The notes beneath the pieces are model-generated. The model made no database searches. It saw nothing but the letters and a program-made list of their open reading frames with translations, and had not been told where the DNA came from. Positions 10,673-19,779 of a stretch of 64,000 bases of DNA are shown here, piece by piece; the stretch's first letter is position 1, and each line of letters starts with the position of its first letter. The stretch is from an uncultured Acidimicrobiales bacterium (GTDB lineage Bacteria; Actinomycetota; Acidimicrobiia; Acidimicrobiales; UBA10347): assembly GCA_943788915.1 (NCBI GenBank), contig CALSSD010000006.1:1-64000 (forward strand). The letters run 5' to 3'. The translations under genes were made by a program, and so were the position numbers.

Positions 10673-11863
10673 TCAGCCGACCATTGCCATGGCGGCATAG
10701 AGGCCAACGCCGTTATAGAACGCTGACTCGTTTACTCGCATGAAGTTCGAATGGTTGGGTGCGGCCTCGGCCGGACTGACGTCGTCGGGGCAGACGCCCA
10801 TCATCGCCATGGCACCTGGTACCTGGTTGAGGACATAACTAAAGTCTTCGGCAGCCAGTGCGGGGTCCTCGGCCATATGAAAGCCGTCGGCACCGACAAG
10901 AGCGCTGGCGACGCGGCTGGTGAGCAGGGCTTGTTCCTCGTTGTTGATGGTCACTGGGTACCCCGAGATGACTTCGCTGGTGCAAGTGCAACCATGTGCC
11001 TGGGATGTGCCATGTGCGACTCGGCTGACAGCGTCTTTAATCTTGCTCCGGACGCCTTCGTCGAAGGTACGAATGGTGCCTTCGAGAAATGCCGATGCCG
11101 GGATGATGTTGTTGGTTGTGCCGGCTTCGATATGAGCAACGGTGAGCACCGCTGACTGCGACGGGTCGATGTCGCGGCTCACGATGTTGTGCAGGCCGCC
11201 AACCATCGCAGCAGCCGGCGGGATCGGGTCGATGCAATGGTGCGGCGCCGATGCATGGCCGCCTTTGCCGTGCACCGTGATCTCGAAACGATCAGCGCTC
11301 GCTAGTAGCGCCCCGCCCTTGGTCGAGAGCAACCCGTTTGGCATGTTGGTAACGACGTGGATGGCGAACGCCCGGTCGACGCCGTCGAGGACACCTTCTT
11401 CGATCATGTACTTGGCGCCGTGGTAACCCTCTTCGCCGGGCTGGAACATGAACCGGACCTTGCCGGTGAACGAGTCCTTGTTCTCCGACAGCAGGCGAGC
11501 AGCGCTGGCCAGCATGGCCACGTGTGAGTCGTGGCCGCACGCATGCATTGCTCCGTCGACCTTCGACTGGAAGTCGCTCACGTAGTCCTCTTGCAACGGC
11601 AGTGCGTCCATGTCGCCACGCAGTAACACGGTGGGGCCGGGTTTGCCGGTATCGAGATCAGCAACAACCGATGTGGTCGATTGGCCAAGGGTGATGTCGA
11701 GCCCGAGCCCGGTAAGTGACTCGACAATCTTCTTCTGGGTCTCTGGTAGTTGCAGACCGATCTCAGGTTCGGCATGGATCGAGCGTCGTAGCTCGATGGT
11801 CTCGCCCTGCAGCGACCGAGCCGCTTCGAGTAGGTCTTCGCCGATCGGCGCCAGATTCGTCAT
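10673..11863 (-). CDS. M20D amidohydrolase (hippurate hydrolase-like), paralog 2
   Basis: Same motifs as paralog 1 and the same MTNLAPIG start; colinear over the full length. Confidence 0.93.
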   Translation of the reverse strand: MTNLAPIGEDLLEAARSLQGETIELRRSIHAEPEIGLQLPETQKKIVESLTGLGLDITLGQSTTSVVADLDTGKPGPTVLLRGDMDALPLQEDYVSDFQSKVDGAMHACGHDSHVAMLASAARLLSENKDSFTGKVRFMFQPGEEGYHGAKYMIEEGVLDGVDRAFAIHVVTNMPNGLLSTKGGALLASADRFEITVHGKGGHASAPHHCIDPIPPAAAMVGGLHNIVSRDIDPSQSAVLTVAHIEAGTTNNIIPASAFLEGTIRTFDEGVRSKIKDAVSRVAHGTSQAHGCTCTSEVISGYPVTINNEEQALLTSRVASALVGADGFHMAEDPALAAEDFSYVLNQVPGAMAMMGVCPDDVSPAEAAPNHSNFMRVNESAFYNGVGLYAAMAMVG

Positions 11864-11980
11864 GCCCCAGCTTCGCACATGTGTGCTTGTCTAGCGGTGG
11901 CAGCAGAAGGATCCGATCATGGATTGGCTGTCAGGGAACTTCAGAGCGACTGAAACGTTCGTAACTTCTGGGTCTCATAG

Positions 11981-12445
11981 GTGTTCGCGTTCGGCATCAC
12001 CGCCACCCTGATCCTGGCGTCGTCTTTCAGCGTCATGCGGATCGCCATTCCACGGCTCGTTGACGAAGGGTTCGCCTCCTTGAGCGAAGGTGACAACTAC
12101 GCCGCAATGGGAGCACTCGTTGCGAATCGGTTTCTGGAACTGACAGTGGGCGAGGCGCTCGAAGCACTGATCGAGCAGCAGGTCCCGTGTGGTCCAATCC
12201 TGTCGGCCGAAGAGGCGATCGTCGATCCACAAGCGGTGTATAACGGCACGATCCAGACATTCCAGAACCCAGCCGCGGGAACCATTCAGGCGGCCAAACC
12301 CGGTGCGCACTTCAGCAAGACCGAGGTCGAGATGGCTAAATGGTTCACTGCCCGTGGCGATAACAATGCCGAGATCTTGAAGTCGATCGGCCGGACCGAC
12401 GAAGAGATCGCAGCGCTCGAAACACACGGGTTCATCGGCACGTAA
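11981..12445 (+). pseudogene. C-terminal fragment of a class III (CaiB/BaiF) CoA-transferase
   Basis: VPCGPIL...AIVDPQ...FSKT...GDNNAEILKSIGRTDEEIAALETHG matches the family C-terminus; the N-terminal catalytic two-thirds is absent. Confidence 0.6.
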
Positions 12446-12502
12446 TCTGTTGCAGGCGTGTTTGACAGGGTCAGTGCCGCTGGCGATCTATAACGTGGCG
12501 CC

Positions 12503-13723
12503 ATGGTGCAGATCGATGGTCAACGGCTACTCAACAGCTTGCGGAAGCTCCGTACGTTTGGAGCGTTAGACAACGGCGTCGTGCGGCCCACGTATTCGCC
12601 CATCGACTGGGAGTCACGGGAGTGGCTTGTCGAGCAGATGGAAGCGGCTGGCCTCGATGCCGTCATCGATGGCGTAGGCAGTGTCCACGGGCGATCCCGC
12701 AACCCAGGACCGGCTCTGATCATTGGTTCGCACACGGACACCCAACCCGAGGGCGGCTGGCTCGATGGAGCCATGGGTGTCATGTACGGCATCGAAGTTG
12801 CCCGTGCGCTACACGACGATCCGACCACGCAGCACCTGGCGGTCGACGTTGTCTCGTGGGCCGACGAAGAAGGCACCTATGGCAGCTTCATCGGAAGCCG
12901 CTCATTCTTCGGTGAGTTCTCCGACGCAGATCTGGCACTCCAGAATGCCGACGGCGAAACAATCGCGGCAGCGCTTGAACGACTGGGCCTCACGTCGACA
13001 CCTCGGGCTTTGCATGAACCCGAACGCCATGTCGGTTACCTCGAAGCACACATCGAACAAGGTCCGCATCTCGAAGACACGGGCAAACTCTTGGGGGTAG
13101 TGACATCGATCGTTGGTCTGCGGGCGATGCAGATCACCTTTACCGGTGAACAGAATCATGCCGGCACGACACCGATGGCACGTCGCAAGGATGCAGCCGC
13201 GGCGATGTTCAAGTTCGGCGTCCGCATCGACGAACGCCTGCGCGCACTCGCCGGGCCAACAACCGTGTGGACGATCGGTAACCTGGGGGTGCATCCCGGC
13301 GGCGAGTCCATCATTCCCGGCTCCGCATGGTGCGGCCTGCAATATCGCGACACCGACGAAACGGTCCTCGACGGGTTCGAAGTGGCGATTCGAGATCTGG
13401 CAGTCGAAATGAGCGCAGAGGGACCGGTCGAGGTCCACGCGGAACTGCGCCGTGCTGCAGTCCAACCTGCACACATGGACCCCAGCCTGCGCTCCCACCT
13501 CGAAGCGGCGTGTGAAGCTACGGCTCCCGATGCTTGGGTCTCGATGCCTAGCGCTGCCGCGCACGATGCACAGATTGCGGCTCGCCATATACCCAGTGCC
13601 ATGTTGTTTATTCCCAGCATCAACGGCATCAGCCACGACTTCGCCGAAGACTCAACAGACGCCGACATCGTTCTCGGATGCCAAGCCCTCGCTACTGCGA
13701 CCGCCTCAATCCTCACGGCGTAG
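12503..13723 (+). CDS. M20 Zn-dependent hydrolase, N-carbamoyl-L-amino acid/allantoate amidohydrolase family
   Basis: GSHTDT, GGWLDGAMGV, DEEG, EAHIEQGP, NHAGTTPM, SAAAHDA, GISH motifs. Confidence 0.92.
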   Translation: MVQIDGQRLLNSLRKLRTFGALDNGVVRPTYSPIDWESREWLVEQMEAAGLDAVIDGVGSVHGRSRNPGPALIIGSHTDTQPEGGWLDGAMGVMYGIEVARALHDDPTTQHLAVDVVSWADEEGTYGSFIGSRSFFGEFSDADLALQNADGETIAAALERLGLTSTPRALHEPERHVGYLEAHIEQGPHLEDTGKLLGVVTSIVGLRAMQITFTGEQNHAGTTPMARRKDAAAAMFKFGVRIDERLRALAGPTTVWTIGNLGVHPGGESIIPGSAWCGLQYRDTDETVLDGFEVAIRDLAVEMSAEGPVEVHAELRRAAVQPAHMDPSLRSHLEAACEATAPDAWVSMPSAAAHDAQIAARHIPSAMLFIPSINGISHDFAEDSTDADIVLGCQALATATASILTA

Positions 13724-13745
13724 CCCACCGGGTGAAGAGTCGTCG

Positions 13746-14097
13746 TGTGTAGTCCCCAGGGGAGTGCGCGCTCAGGTAGGAGCGAGGGACGAGCGGGTAG
13801 GGGGCGACGGAGGAGCCGCACCGGCTGAAGGGAAACCATGTCCGGCGAACGCCGGCCAGCTGTGTGGTCGCCAGGGGAGTGCGCGCTCAGGTAGGAGCGA
13901 GGGACGAGCGGGTAGGGGGCGACGGAGGAGCCGCACCGGCTGAAGGGAAACCATGTCCGGCGAACGCCGGCCAGCTGTGTGGTCGCCAGGGGAGTGCGCG
14001 CTCAGGTAGGAGCGAGGGACGAGCGGGTAGGGGGCGACGGAGGAGTCGCACCGGCTGAAGGGAAACCATGTCCGGCGAACGCCGGCCAGAGCGGAGC
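13746..14097 (+). repeat. Tandem array of three 115-bp units, intergenic between convergent genes
   Basis: Units start at 13746, 13861 and 13976 and are nearly identical (2 substitutions at the start of unit 1, 1 at 14046); the array ends in GAGCGGAGC. No spacers. Confidence 0.95.
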
Positions 14098-14100
14098 GGA

Positions 14101-14820
14101 TTAAAAGAGCAGGATGCCGAGACGGATCGAGTAGCCGGCCATGACTGTCCAGAACAAGATGGCGAAGGTCTGTTCGCCCAGCCGTTCGTTGAGCTTGGAT
14201 CCACTCCAGGTGCCAAGTGCCATCAGCGGAATTGCAGCCAGACAGGTGAGCCACGCGTCGCGTCCGAGTAGATCGGCTTCGGCAAAGATTGCAGTCTTGG
14301 CCGCGTCGCCAGCGAACGACGCGAGTGATGCCGCCCCAACGAAGTGGCGGCGATCCAGATCCAGGTTGCGAATCGCGACACCCTTGAGCGGGCCAGAGGT
14401 ACCTGAGAAACCACTCGACGCACCCGCCACGAACGCCAGGAACGGCCCAAATTTGCTTCTGACTGCCTTGATCTCGCGCTTTTCGGTGATGATCGTGGTG
14501 GCAAACATGGCCAACACCGCAATTGTCACCGCCCACACGGGCGCGTTCACGAGCAGCGTGGAACCAATGGCGGCGCCGATCACAATCAAAACCGCGATAC
14601 CAGCCGCCTTTCGAAACGGCAGCGTCTCTCGATAGGCAATGATCTTCATGATGTTGTTGCTGGCGAGTAACAACGCAGCCAGAGCTACGCCTTCCTTGGT
14701 GCCAAGGAAGAGCGCAAGCGTGGGCACCATGAGTAACGAACCACCAAGGCCTGCTGATGCCGAAATCGTGAATGACACATAGACGGCGATCAACACGCCG
14801 ACCGTTGCCAAGATGTCCAA
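14101..14820 (-). CDS. Sulfite exporter TauE/SafE (TSUP) family membrane protein
   Basis: AGLGGSLLMVP and SGFSGTSGP repeat motifs; about 8 hydrophobic segments. Confidence 0.85.
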   Translation of the reverse strand: MDILATVGVLIAVYVSFTISASAGLGGSLLMVPTLALFLGTKEGVALAALLLASNNIMKIIAYRETLPFRKAAGIAVLIVIGAAIGSTLLVNAPVWAVTIAVLAMFATTIITEKREIKAVRSKFGPFLAFVAGASSGFSGTSGPLKGVAIRNLDLDRRHFVGAASLASFAGDAAKTAIFAEADLLGRDAWLTCLAAIPLMALGTWSGSKLNERLGEQTFAILFWTVMAGYSIRLGILLF

Positions 14821-14827
14821 GGGCCCT

Positions 14828-14914
14828 CCCGACGCGTTATGGCTTTGGACTGTGTCCAGAACGGGGCCTAGAACAGTGCCGGTAGGCCCCGTCCAAAGAC
14901 GTTTGCGTCGCGGG
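14828..14914 (-). terminator. Nested stem-loop between the BNR/VPS10 gene and the TSUP gene
   Basis: ACGGGGCCTA(14861-70)/TAGGCCCCGT(14883-92); CTTTGGAC(14843-50)/GTCCAAAG(14891-98); CGACGC(14830-35)/GCGTCG(14905-10). Confidence 0.45.
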
Positions 14915-14922
14915 TAATTGGG

Positions 14923-17900
14923 TCAGCCGCCGATGATCTCGACGCCGAGTTCGGACAACTGGTTGTTGATCTTGGCGAGGTCACCATCTACGAGCGCTTG
15001 CATGGCTGCGAGCTGTATATCGGCCTGCCCTGACAGTTTCTCGAACACGTCGTAGGACTGCTGGGTTGGTTTGGCGTCAGCACTGCGGATGACCGGCGGA
15101 AGACCGTTGATCTTTTCGAACAACATCTCGCGGTAGTTCAGCGCATCACCGAACGAGGTGAATTCTTTCTGCACCAATGCAGCTTCGACCTTGTCGAGCT
15201 TCTTCTCAAGGCGAGTCATCGCAGCGGTCACCTTCTCGGCGTCCGCATTGCCCGTCAGACGCCCGGTCCAATCAGCCATGCGCTTCTTCACACCCCGGCT
15301 GGTGTTGACCGCCTCGACGATCTCGCTGAGTTTGTTCTGTACCCCGAGCATGAGATCGAGCTGTGCTTTCAGGTCGCGTTGGCTGGTCTTGACCCGCGGG
15401 TCTTTGACCAGGTTGAAACCCTGTTCCATGGACAAATCGCCGACCGTCAAACGAGCGGTATAGGCACCGGGCAACGCAAGTGGCCCCGCTGGTCGTTGAT
15501 GGAAATCGGTGTCGACCATCTTGGGGCCGCACGCATGATGCATCGACCACCAGAAGCTGTTCATGCCAGCGTTCGCACTGATGTACTGACCGAAGCGATC
15601 CTTCTTGTCCTCGGGCATGACGCTTGAGAATGAGTCGATCTCGTTGCCCTTGTCGTCGAGGATCGTGAGGACCGCCTCGCCACCAGGTGCTGCGTCGAGT
15701 GCCGCTTGGTCCAGCAGGTACGTGAAGCGTGCTCCTCGGGGCAGGTCGTCGCCAGCGTCGATGACTCGTTTAGTCTTGCGACCTTGTTCGTCTTCTTCGA
15801 GGTAGAACGTCGCGTTCTGACCAATCGTTACGTGGTAACTCTTGCCGCCAAGATCACCCCAGAATCCTGCGAACAGGTGGTCAGGAGCACGAACGGTGTC
15901 GCGTGGGGCGAACAGGAAGTTCTTGGCCTTGCCCAGATCGTCGTGAATCTGATGGATCTGGGTCAGGTCGTCGAGAATCCAGAACGAACGACCATGGGTG
16001 GCGACCACCATGTCGGTGTCCTTGATGATCAGGTCATACACCGGGCACACCGGCAGGTTGGCCTGCAACGACTGCCACTTGGCGCCGTCGTCGAACGAGC
16101 AGTACAGGCCGAGTTCAGTACCTGCGTACAGCAGCCCAGCACGATTCGGATCTTCACGTACGACCCGGACGAAGTCATCTTTGGGCAGACCAGTGGTGAT
16201 CTTCTTCCAGGTCTTGCCCCAGTCGGTGGTCTTGTAGATGTAGGGCGCATAGTCGCCCTCTTTGTGGCGGGCCACCGACATGTACACGGTGCCCTTGTTG
16301 TGCTCAGACTCGGCCAGCATGGTGACCTGTGACCACTTCTTCATGCCCCTCGGGGTGACGTCTTTCCATGTCTTGCCGTCGTTCATGCTCACGTGCACGA
16401 GGCCATCGTCGGAACCAGCCATGAGCACACCGGGACGATGTTTTGACGCCATGAACGAGAAGATCGTGGCGTACATTTCGGCGCCAGCGGTGTCCATGGT
16501 GAGCGGTCCGGAGACACCCATGGTCTTGGGATCGGCCCGAGTCAGGTCAGGGCTGATCGGTTCCCAGCTATGGCCCTCGTTGGTGGTCTTGAACACCTTG
16601 TTGCCACACGCGTACAACGTCTTGTTGTCTTGTGGCGAGAACACGATGGGGTAGGTCCACTGGAAGCGTACTTCGCTGGTGTTGCCGTCGTGATAGGCCT
16701 CGGGCCACACGCTGACCAGCTGGATCTGTTTGGTCTTGTGGTCATATCGCTGCAGTGCGTCGCCAGCACCAGGCGAGCTGCCGATAGCGCCCACATACAC
16801 GATGTTGGGGTCGCCAGGTTTCGGGGCGACGTAGCCGCTCTCGGCGGTGCCGGGGGGATAACAATCCGCCCAGTTGATAGCGCCCTTGAAGGTCGCGCTC
16901 GGCACAGCGATCGACGAGTTGTCTTGCTGGCTGCCGTAGACCATGTACGGGTACTGGTCGTCGACGGCCACGTGGTAGAACTGCGCGGTGAGCTGGTTGT
17001 AGATCGTTGACCACGAGTCGCCAGCGTTCATAGACACCCAGGCGCCACCGTCGTCGCTACCGATCATGCGCCGCGGGTTGGCCGGGTCGATCCACAGTGC
17101 GTGGTTGTCGCCGTGTGGGGTGTGGAATTGTTCGAAGTTCTTGCCGCCGTCGATCGACTTCCACGCGTTGGCGTTCATGATGAACACCTGGTTCTCGTCG
17201 GTCGGATGCGCGATCACGTGCATGTAGTACCAGGGGCGCCATGCCAGGTCAGGGTTCGAGCTGACCTTCTCCCAGGTGTCGCCGTAGTCGTCGGTGCGGT
17301 ACAGGCCACGTTTGCGGAACTCAGCCTCGACGAGCGCCCACGCCCGGCCAGCCTTGGCAGGGGACAAGGTCACGCCGATTTTGCCGAGCGTGCCGTCGGG
17401 CAGACCCTTGTTGGTGCTGATGTCGGTCCAGGTGTCGCCGCCATCTTTCGAGCGCCAGATACCGCAGTCGGGGCCGCCGGAGTTGATCGACCAGAAGTTG
17501 CGTCGGGCCTGCCAGGTCGTGGCAAGAAGGATGCGAGGATTGTGCGGGTCGAGGGTGACATCGATCGCACCAGCTCGGGCGCTCACATGGAGGACAAGTT
17601 CCCAGTCCTCGCCACCGTTGGTCGAGCGGTACAAGCCACGCTCAGGATTGTCCTTGGCCGAGTGGCCCAGAGCTGCCACATAGACCGTGTCGGGATCCGT
17701 GGGGTGCACCACGATCTCGCCGATATGGCGGGTCTCGACCAGACCCATGTGTTGCCATGTGCGGCCGGCATCGGTCGACTTGTACACGCCGTCACCGTGG
17801 GTGACGTCGATACGAATGGTCGCTTCGCCCATACCGGCATAGATGACGTTGCCATCTGAAGGCGCAACCGCAAGTGCTCCGACTGAGGCAGTCTTGAAGA

Positions 17901-18090
17901 AGCCGTCGCTGATGTTCTCCCAGTACTGTCCAGCATCATCGGACTTCCACACGCCACCAGCGCACGCTCCGAAGTAGAAGGTGGCTTGGTCGGTGGGATC
18001 TGCCGCCACAGCAACGACGCGTCCGCCACGGGTCGGTCCGATATTGCGGTATTCGATCTGGCTCAGCAGGTTCTGATCAACGTTGGGCAT
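14923..18090 (-). CDS. BNR/Asp-box (VPS10/sortilin-like) beta-propeller protein, usually annotated glycosyl hydrolase
   Basis: YRNIGPTRGGRV start and many S/T-x-D-x-G-x-T-W Asp boxes (KSTDAGRTW, RSKDGGDTW, KTTDWGKTW); VATHGRSFWILDD; helical C-terminus. Confidence 0.9.
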   Translation of the reverse strand: MPNVDQNLLSQIEYRNIGPTRGGRVVAVAADPTDQATFYFGACAGGVWKSDDAGQYWENISDGFFKTASVGALAVAPSDGNVIYAGMGEATIRIDVTHGDGVYKSTDAGRTWQHMGLVETRHIGEIVVHPTDPDTVYVAALGHSAKDNPERGLYRSTNGGEDWELVLHVSARAGAIDVTLDPHNPRILLATTWQARRNFWSINSGGPDCGIWRSKDGGDTWTDISTNKGLPDGTLGKIGVTLSPAKAGRAWALVEAEFRKRGLYRTDDYGDTWEKVSSNPDLAWRPWYYMHVIAHPTDENQVFIMNANAWKSIDGGKNFEQFHTPHGDNHALWIDPANPRRMIGSDDGGAWVSMNAGDSWSTIYNQLTAQFYHVAVDDQYPYMVYGSQQDNSSIAVPSATFKGAINWADCYPPGTAESGYVAPKPGDPNIVYVGAIGSSPGAGDALQRYDHKTKQIQLVSVWPEAYHDGNTSEVRFQWTYPIVFSPQDNKTLYACGNKVFKTTNEGHSWEPISPDLTRADPKTMGVSGPLTMDTAGAEMYATIFSFMASKHRPGVLMAGSDDGLVHVSMNDGKTWKDVTPRGMKKWSQVTMLAESEHNKGTVYMSVARHKEGDYAPYIYKTTDWGKTWKKITTGLPKDDFVRVVREDPNRAGLLYAGTELGLYCSFDDGAKWQSLQANLPVCPVYDLIIKDTDMVVATHGRSFWILDDLTQIHQIHDDLGKAKNFLFAPRDTVRAPDHLFAGFWGDLGGKSYHVTIGQNATFYLEEDEQGRKTKRVIDAGDDLPRGARFTYLLDQAALDAAPGGEAVLTILDDKGNEIDSFSSVMPEDKKDRFGQYISANAGMNSFWWSMHHACGPKMVDTDFHQRPAGPLALPGAYTARLTVGDLSMEQGFNLVKDPRVKTSQRDLKAQLDLMLGVQNKLSEIVEAVNTSRGVKKRMADWTGRLTGNADAEKVTAAMTRLEKKLDKVEAALVQKEFTSFGDALNYREMLFEKINGLPPVIRSADAKPTQQSYDVFEKLSGQADIQLAAMQALVDGDLAKINNQLSELGVEIIGG

Positions 18091-18226
18091 CCACAGAACC
18101 TAGTCGGTCGAACACGCCACAGGTCCAGCATCCGCAACCTAGACCTGGATTCTGAGCTCTGGGCTGCGCGACCTCGACGAGATCCGAGGTGCGATTTCGC
18201 GCTCAGATGTGTGAGACTTTGACACG

Positions 18227-19447
18227 ATGCGTGGATTACGAGGGCTGTATCTCACGGCTGCAGTGACTATGGCCGGTGTGAGCTCGGTGTTCGCCTTATT
18301 GGCGGAGCTCGAGGATCGTTACGGCCTGTCGACACAGGGACTCGGACTGATTGCCGGGTCGTCCTTTATTGCAGCACTCGTTGCTCAACTGTGGCTGGCC
18401 CGCTTCGCTGACCGAGGGCACGCAGCCTTGTTGCTCCGCCTGGGGGTGGTGGCTGCCGGCGTCGGCCTGCTCTGGTTTAGTGTGGCCACCGAACTGTGGC
18501 AGTTCGTAGCCGCCCGATCGGTACTTGGAGCTGGCGTTGGTGTGCTTGTGCCGCCGGCTCGACGAGCCATCGTGCTTACCTCCACCGATAATCAGGGGGA
18601 ACGGCTCGGCACGTTCTACGCCGCCTACCTCGCAGGGTTTGTGTTTGGCCCTCCGATCGGTGCGGTGCTCACCGATCTGGCCGACGTTCGGCTGCCGTTC
18701 GCCGTCTTTGGCGGCCTGACGTTGCTGTCGATTGTCGCCATCGCACGCATCGAGATGCCCGAAGCTCCTCGCGACGCCGCAATCACGATCGCCGATCGAC
18801 GAGTTCTACGACGGATGCTGGTCGACCGGCGGGTGATCGCTGCTGTCCTGGTCGTCATCTCATTCCGCTACTCAATCGGCGTCTTCGAGCCCCTGTGGGC
18901 CGTCCATCTCGACGATCTCGGCGCCTCGACTCGGGTGATTGCCCTGTCCCTAACTGCGTTTGCGCTGCCGATGCTGATCGTTGCTAGGCCTGCGGGCAGG
19001 CTCACCGATCGCTTCGGTGCGCGGTGGATGTCGGTGCTTCCGGCACTGATCAGCGCGGTGCTGATGATGACCTACGGCTACACCCCATTCCTGTGGGTGA
19101 TCCTGGTCGTCGCGGGGATTCACGGAATAATGGAGGCAGCGCTCAACCCGGCAACACAAGCGGGGATCGCCGACGTGACCGCCGATAGCGACGCTGCTTC
19201 GGCCCAAGGCCTAGCCGAAGCTGCTGGTTCTGCCGCCTCGGCGATAGGAGCCTTTTCCGCGCCGGTTGTTTTTGATGCGTGGGGGGCCGGCCCGGCATGG
19301 CTCATGGCTGGTTGTGTGATGGTCGCGCTTGTGGCCGCCAGTTGGTTGCTTGACCGCCCGCTGTTGAAGATGACGACCTCGCCGCCATCTGAGCCAAAGT
19401 CGCCTGACTCAGAACGATCTCCCAACCCGAGCGCAGCACAAGCCTGA
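18227..19447 (+). CDS. MFS transporter
   Basis: About 12 hydrophobic helices; motif A copies ARFADRGH and GRLTDRFGAR. Confidence 0.9.
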   Translation: MRGLRGLYLTAAVTMAGVSSVFALLAELEDRYGLSTQGLGLIAGSSFIAALVAQLWLARFADRGHAALLLRLGVVAAGVGLLWFSVATELWQFVAARSVLGAGVGVLVPPARRAIVLTSTDNQGERLGTFYAAYLAGFVFGPPIGAVLTDLADVRLPFAVFGGLTLLSIVAIARIEMPEAPRDAAITIADRRVLRRMLVDRRVIAAVLVVISFRYSIGVFEPLWAVHLDDLGASTRVIALSLTAFALPMLIVARPAGRLTDRFGARWMSVLPALISAVLMMTYGYTPFLWVILVVAGIHGIMEAALNPATQAGIADVTADSDAASAQGLAEAAGSAASAIGAFSAPVVFDAWGAGPAWLMAGCVMVALVAASWLLDRPLLKMTTSPPSEPKSPDSERSPNPSAAQA

Positions 19448-19497
19448 GTGCCACTGCGGGGGGATTCTCACTGGCCTTGCAACGATAGGCTTTGCCG

Positions 19498-19779
19498 GTG
19501 CATGACACCCTGGTAGAGCTGGAAGCCACGATTGTGGCCAGAAAGGGAGCATCGCCCGAAGACTCGTATTCGGCACGGCTCCTGAACAATACTGAACTTC
19601 TGCAACGCAAAATTGTTGAAGAGGCTCATGAACTCACCCTGGAACTTGCCCGGCCAGCGATCGCCAAAGATCGCACCGCTGAAGAGTGCGCCGATCTGCT
19701 GTACCACATGATGGTCGGACTGGTCACCGCCGACGTAGCGTTCGCCGATGTGTTGCAGGTTCTGGAGGGTCGACGATGA
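19498..19779 (+). CDS. hisE: Phosphoribosyl-ATP diphosphatase
   Basis: SYSARLL, KIVEEAHE, EECADLLYH; overlaps the hisG start. Confidence 0.92.
   Translation: MHDTLVELEATIVARKGASPEDSYSARLLNNTELLQRKIVEEAHELTLELARPAIAKDRTAEECADLLYHMMVGLVTADVAFADVLQVLEGRR

Noticed and set aside
13810..13850. Group II intron domain V look-alike (GAGCCG...GAAA...CGG)
   Set aside because: The 34-nt domain V pairing, domain VI and a reverse transcriptase ORF are absent.
13746..14097. CRISPR array
   Set aside because: Units are contiguous 115-bp copies with no unique spacers, and there are no cas genes.
13452..14536. ORFs reading through the repeat array
   Set aside because: Low-complexity R/P/G translations that overlap real genes; the 115-bp period is not a multiple of three.
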